In this document: piece after piece, positions 63,225 to 64,000 of the stretch
How positions within the stretch are numbered: the stretch's first letter is position 1
Layout: the number at the start of each line of letters is the position of its first letter
DNA from: Carcharhinus longimanus
Taxonomy: Eukaryota
Direction of reading: 5' to 3'
Assembly (NCBI GenBank): GCA_030264375.1
Contig: JASCQW010000163.1
Coordinates: forward strand, 21,323,300 to 21,387,299
DNA length: 64,000 bases
The notes under the pieces: model-generated
The model's input: the letters and a program-made list of their open reading frames with translations, nothing else
Told to the model about the DNA's origin: nothing
The model's database searches: none
Made by a program: the position numbers and the translations under genes

Positions 63225-63495
63225 CTTGGTTTGTGCCACAAGTACAGTTACATTAACATTGCAATGAAGTTACCGTGAAAATTCCCTAGTTGCCATGCTC
63301 CAACAACTGTTCGGGTACACTGAGGGAGAATTTAGCGTGACCAATGCACCAAACCAGCACTTTTTTGCACTGTGGGAGGAAACCAAAGCACCTGGAAGAA
63401 ATGCACGCAGATACGGGCAGACTCCTTACAGACAAGCTGGGAATCAAATCCGGGTCCCTGGTGCTGTGAGACAGCAGTGCTAACCACTGTGCCAC
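63225..63495 (-). mobile_element. HE1-headed SINE, same tail type as 9010
   Basis: Collinear with 9010-9266 (GTGAAAAT.CCCTAGT.GCCA...TGTTCGG.TACACTGAGGGAGAA...GCAGTGCTAACCACTGTGCCAC). Confidence 0.9.
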
Positions 63496-63515
63496 TTATC
63501 TTTCATAGTTTTAAT

Positions 63516-63954
63516 CTGTGGTGGGCAAACTGCAGCCTGGTGGCCCATCTGGCTCCTGAGTGCAGCCTTCAAGATATTTTATTGACCCTTGCCCACGTGT
63601 CAGATTGTCATATTCCACTCATCTCCGTCCAGACGTTTTTTTCCCAAACAGTATGACTGAAGCAATGTGCATGTAAAGCAAGAGCAAGTGAAATAAGATC
63701 CACGTGGATTGTGCACAACATCGGATGCAAAAGGAGCTCTCACAGCCTAAGTACAAATATTTATCATTTGAAGTTGATGGTATTTCTATTATGTACAACA
63801 TATAATGAAGGATTTTCTTTAACTCGTTATGAAATATTTGATAGTGTTAAAGGTGGGATCACGGGTCATGAACATGCCCGATTTAAATCTTGCGGCCCAC
63901 TGATGAAGAGGGTCCACTCATGCAGCCCATTCACTAGCCTATGTTGCCCAATAG
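63516..63954 (+). mobile_element. Non-autonomous hAT-type element (MITE-like)
   Basis: Imperfect TIRs CTGTGGTGGGCAAAC and GTTGCCCAATAG, subterminal GC(A/G)GCCC motifs at both ends, and a second partial copy at 20025. Confidence 0.6.
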
Positions 63955-64000
63955 TTTAAAATCAAATCAAAAGTGCCCAAGTGATGTCAACCCAGCAATG

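Larger units (their letters stand above)
13135..64000 (-). other. TCF12: Upstream giant intron of TCF12 (intron-3 equivalent, >50 kb, extends past window end)
   Basis: I could not find the preceding exon (MFSPPV..GK.RPT.L..SQF-type) by eye. Vertebrate TCF12 has a very long intron at this position. Sequence gaps could hide exons. Confidence 0.7.

Noticed and set aside
63899-63925. CTGATGAAGAG as another hammerhead
   Set aside because: No GAAA box follows and there is no helix III; it lies inside the hAT-type element.

Overview
Eukaryotic, gapped, AT-rich and repeat-dense DNA, almost certainly from a shark. It carries HE1-type V-SINEs, DeuSINE/SacSINE1-like SINEs and elasmobranch-type CR1, L2, Rex/Babar, RTE and Penelope elements. 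The only host coding sequence I can support is a 74-bp minus-strand exon at 13061-13134 (tag|TA-MEERTGTSSWGSADQPSPSYESSR|gtaagt). It matches exon 4 of the E-protein gene TCF12/HEB, so the window is essentially two giant introns of that gene. The ORF track did not capture this exon, and its ORFs are TE remnants or noise. The most interesting signal is a set of minimal type-I hammerhead-ribozyme motifs in Penelope terminal repeats. One copy is structurally complete and lies on the TCF12 sense strand, helix II co-varies between copies, and one copy sits in a ~180-bp inverted-repeat mini-element with a 13-bp target-site duplication. Also noted are two perfect hairpins, a non-B DNA cluster, an E-box cluster, an RFX X-box, a Buster-type hAT fossil and possible SINE tail swapping. 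Family names come from recalled motifs, not database searches, and repeat boundaries are approximate (tens of bp). I do not see a convincingly new biological system.
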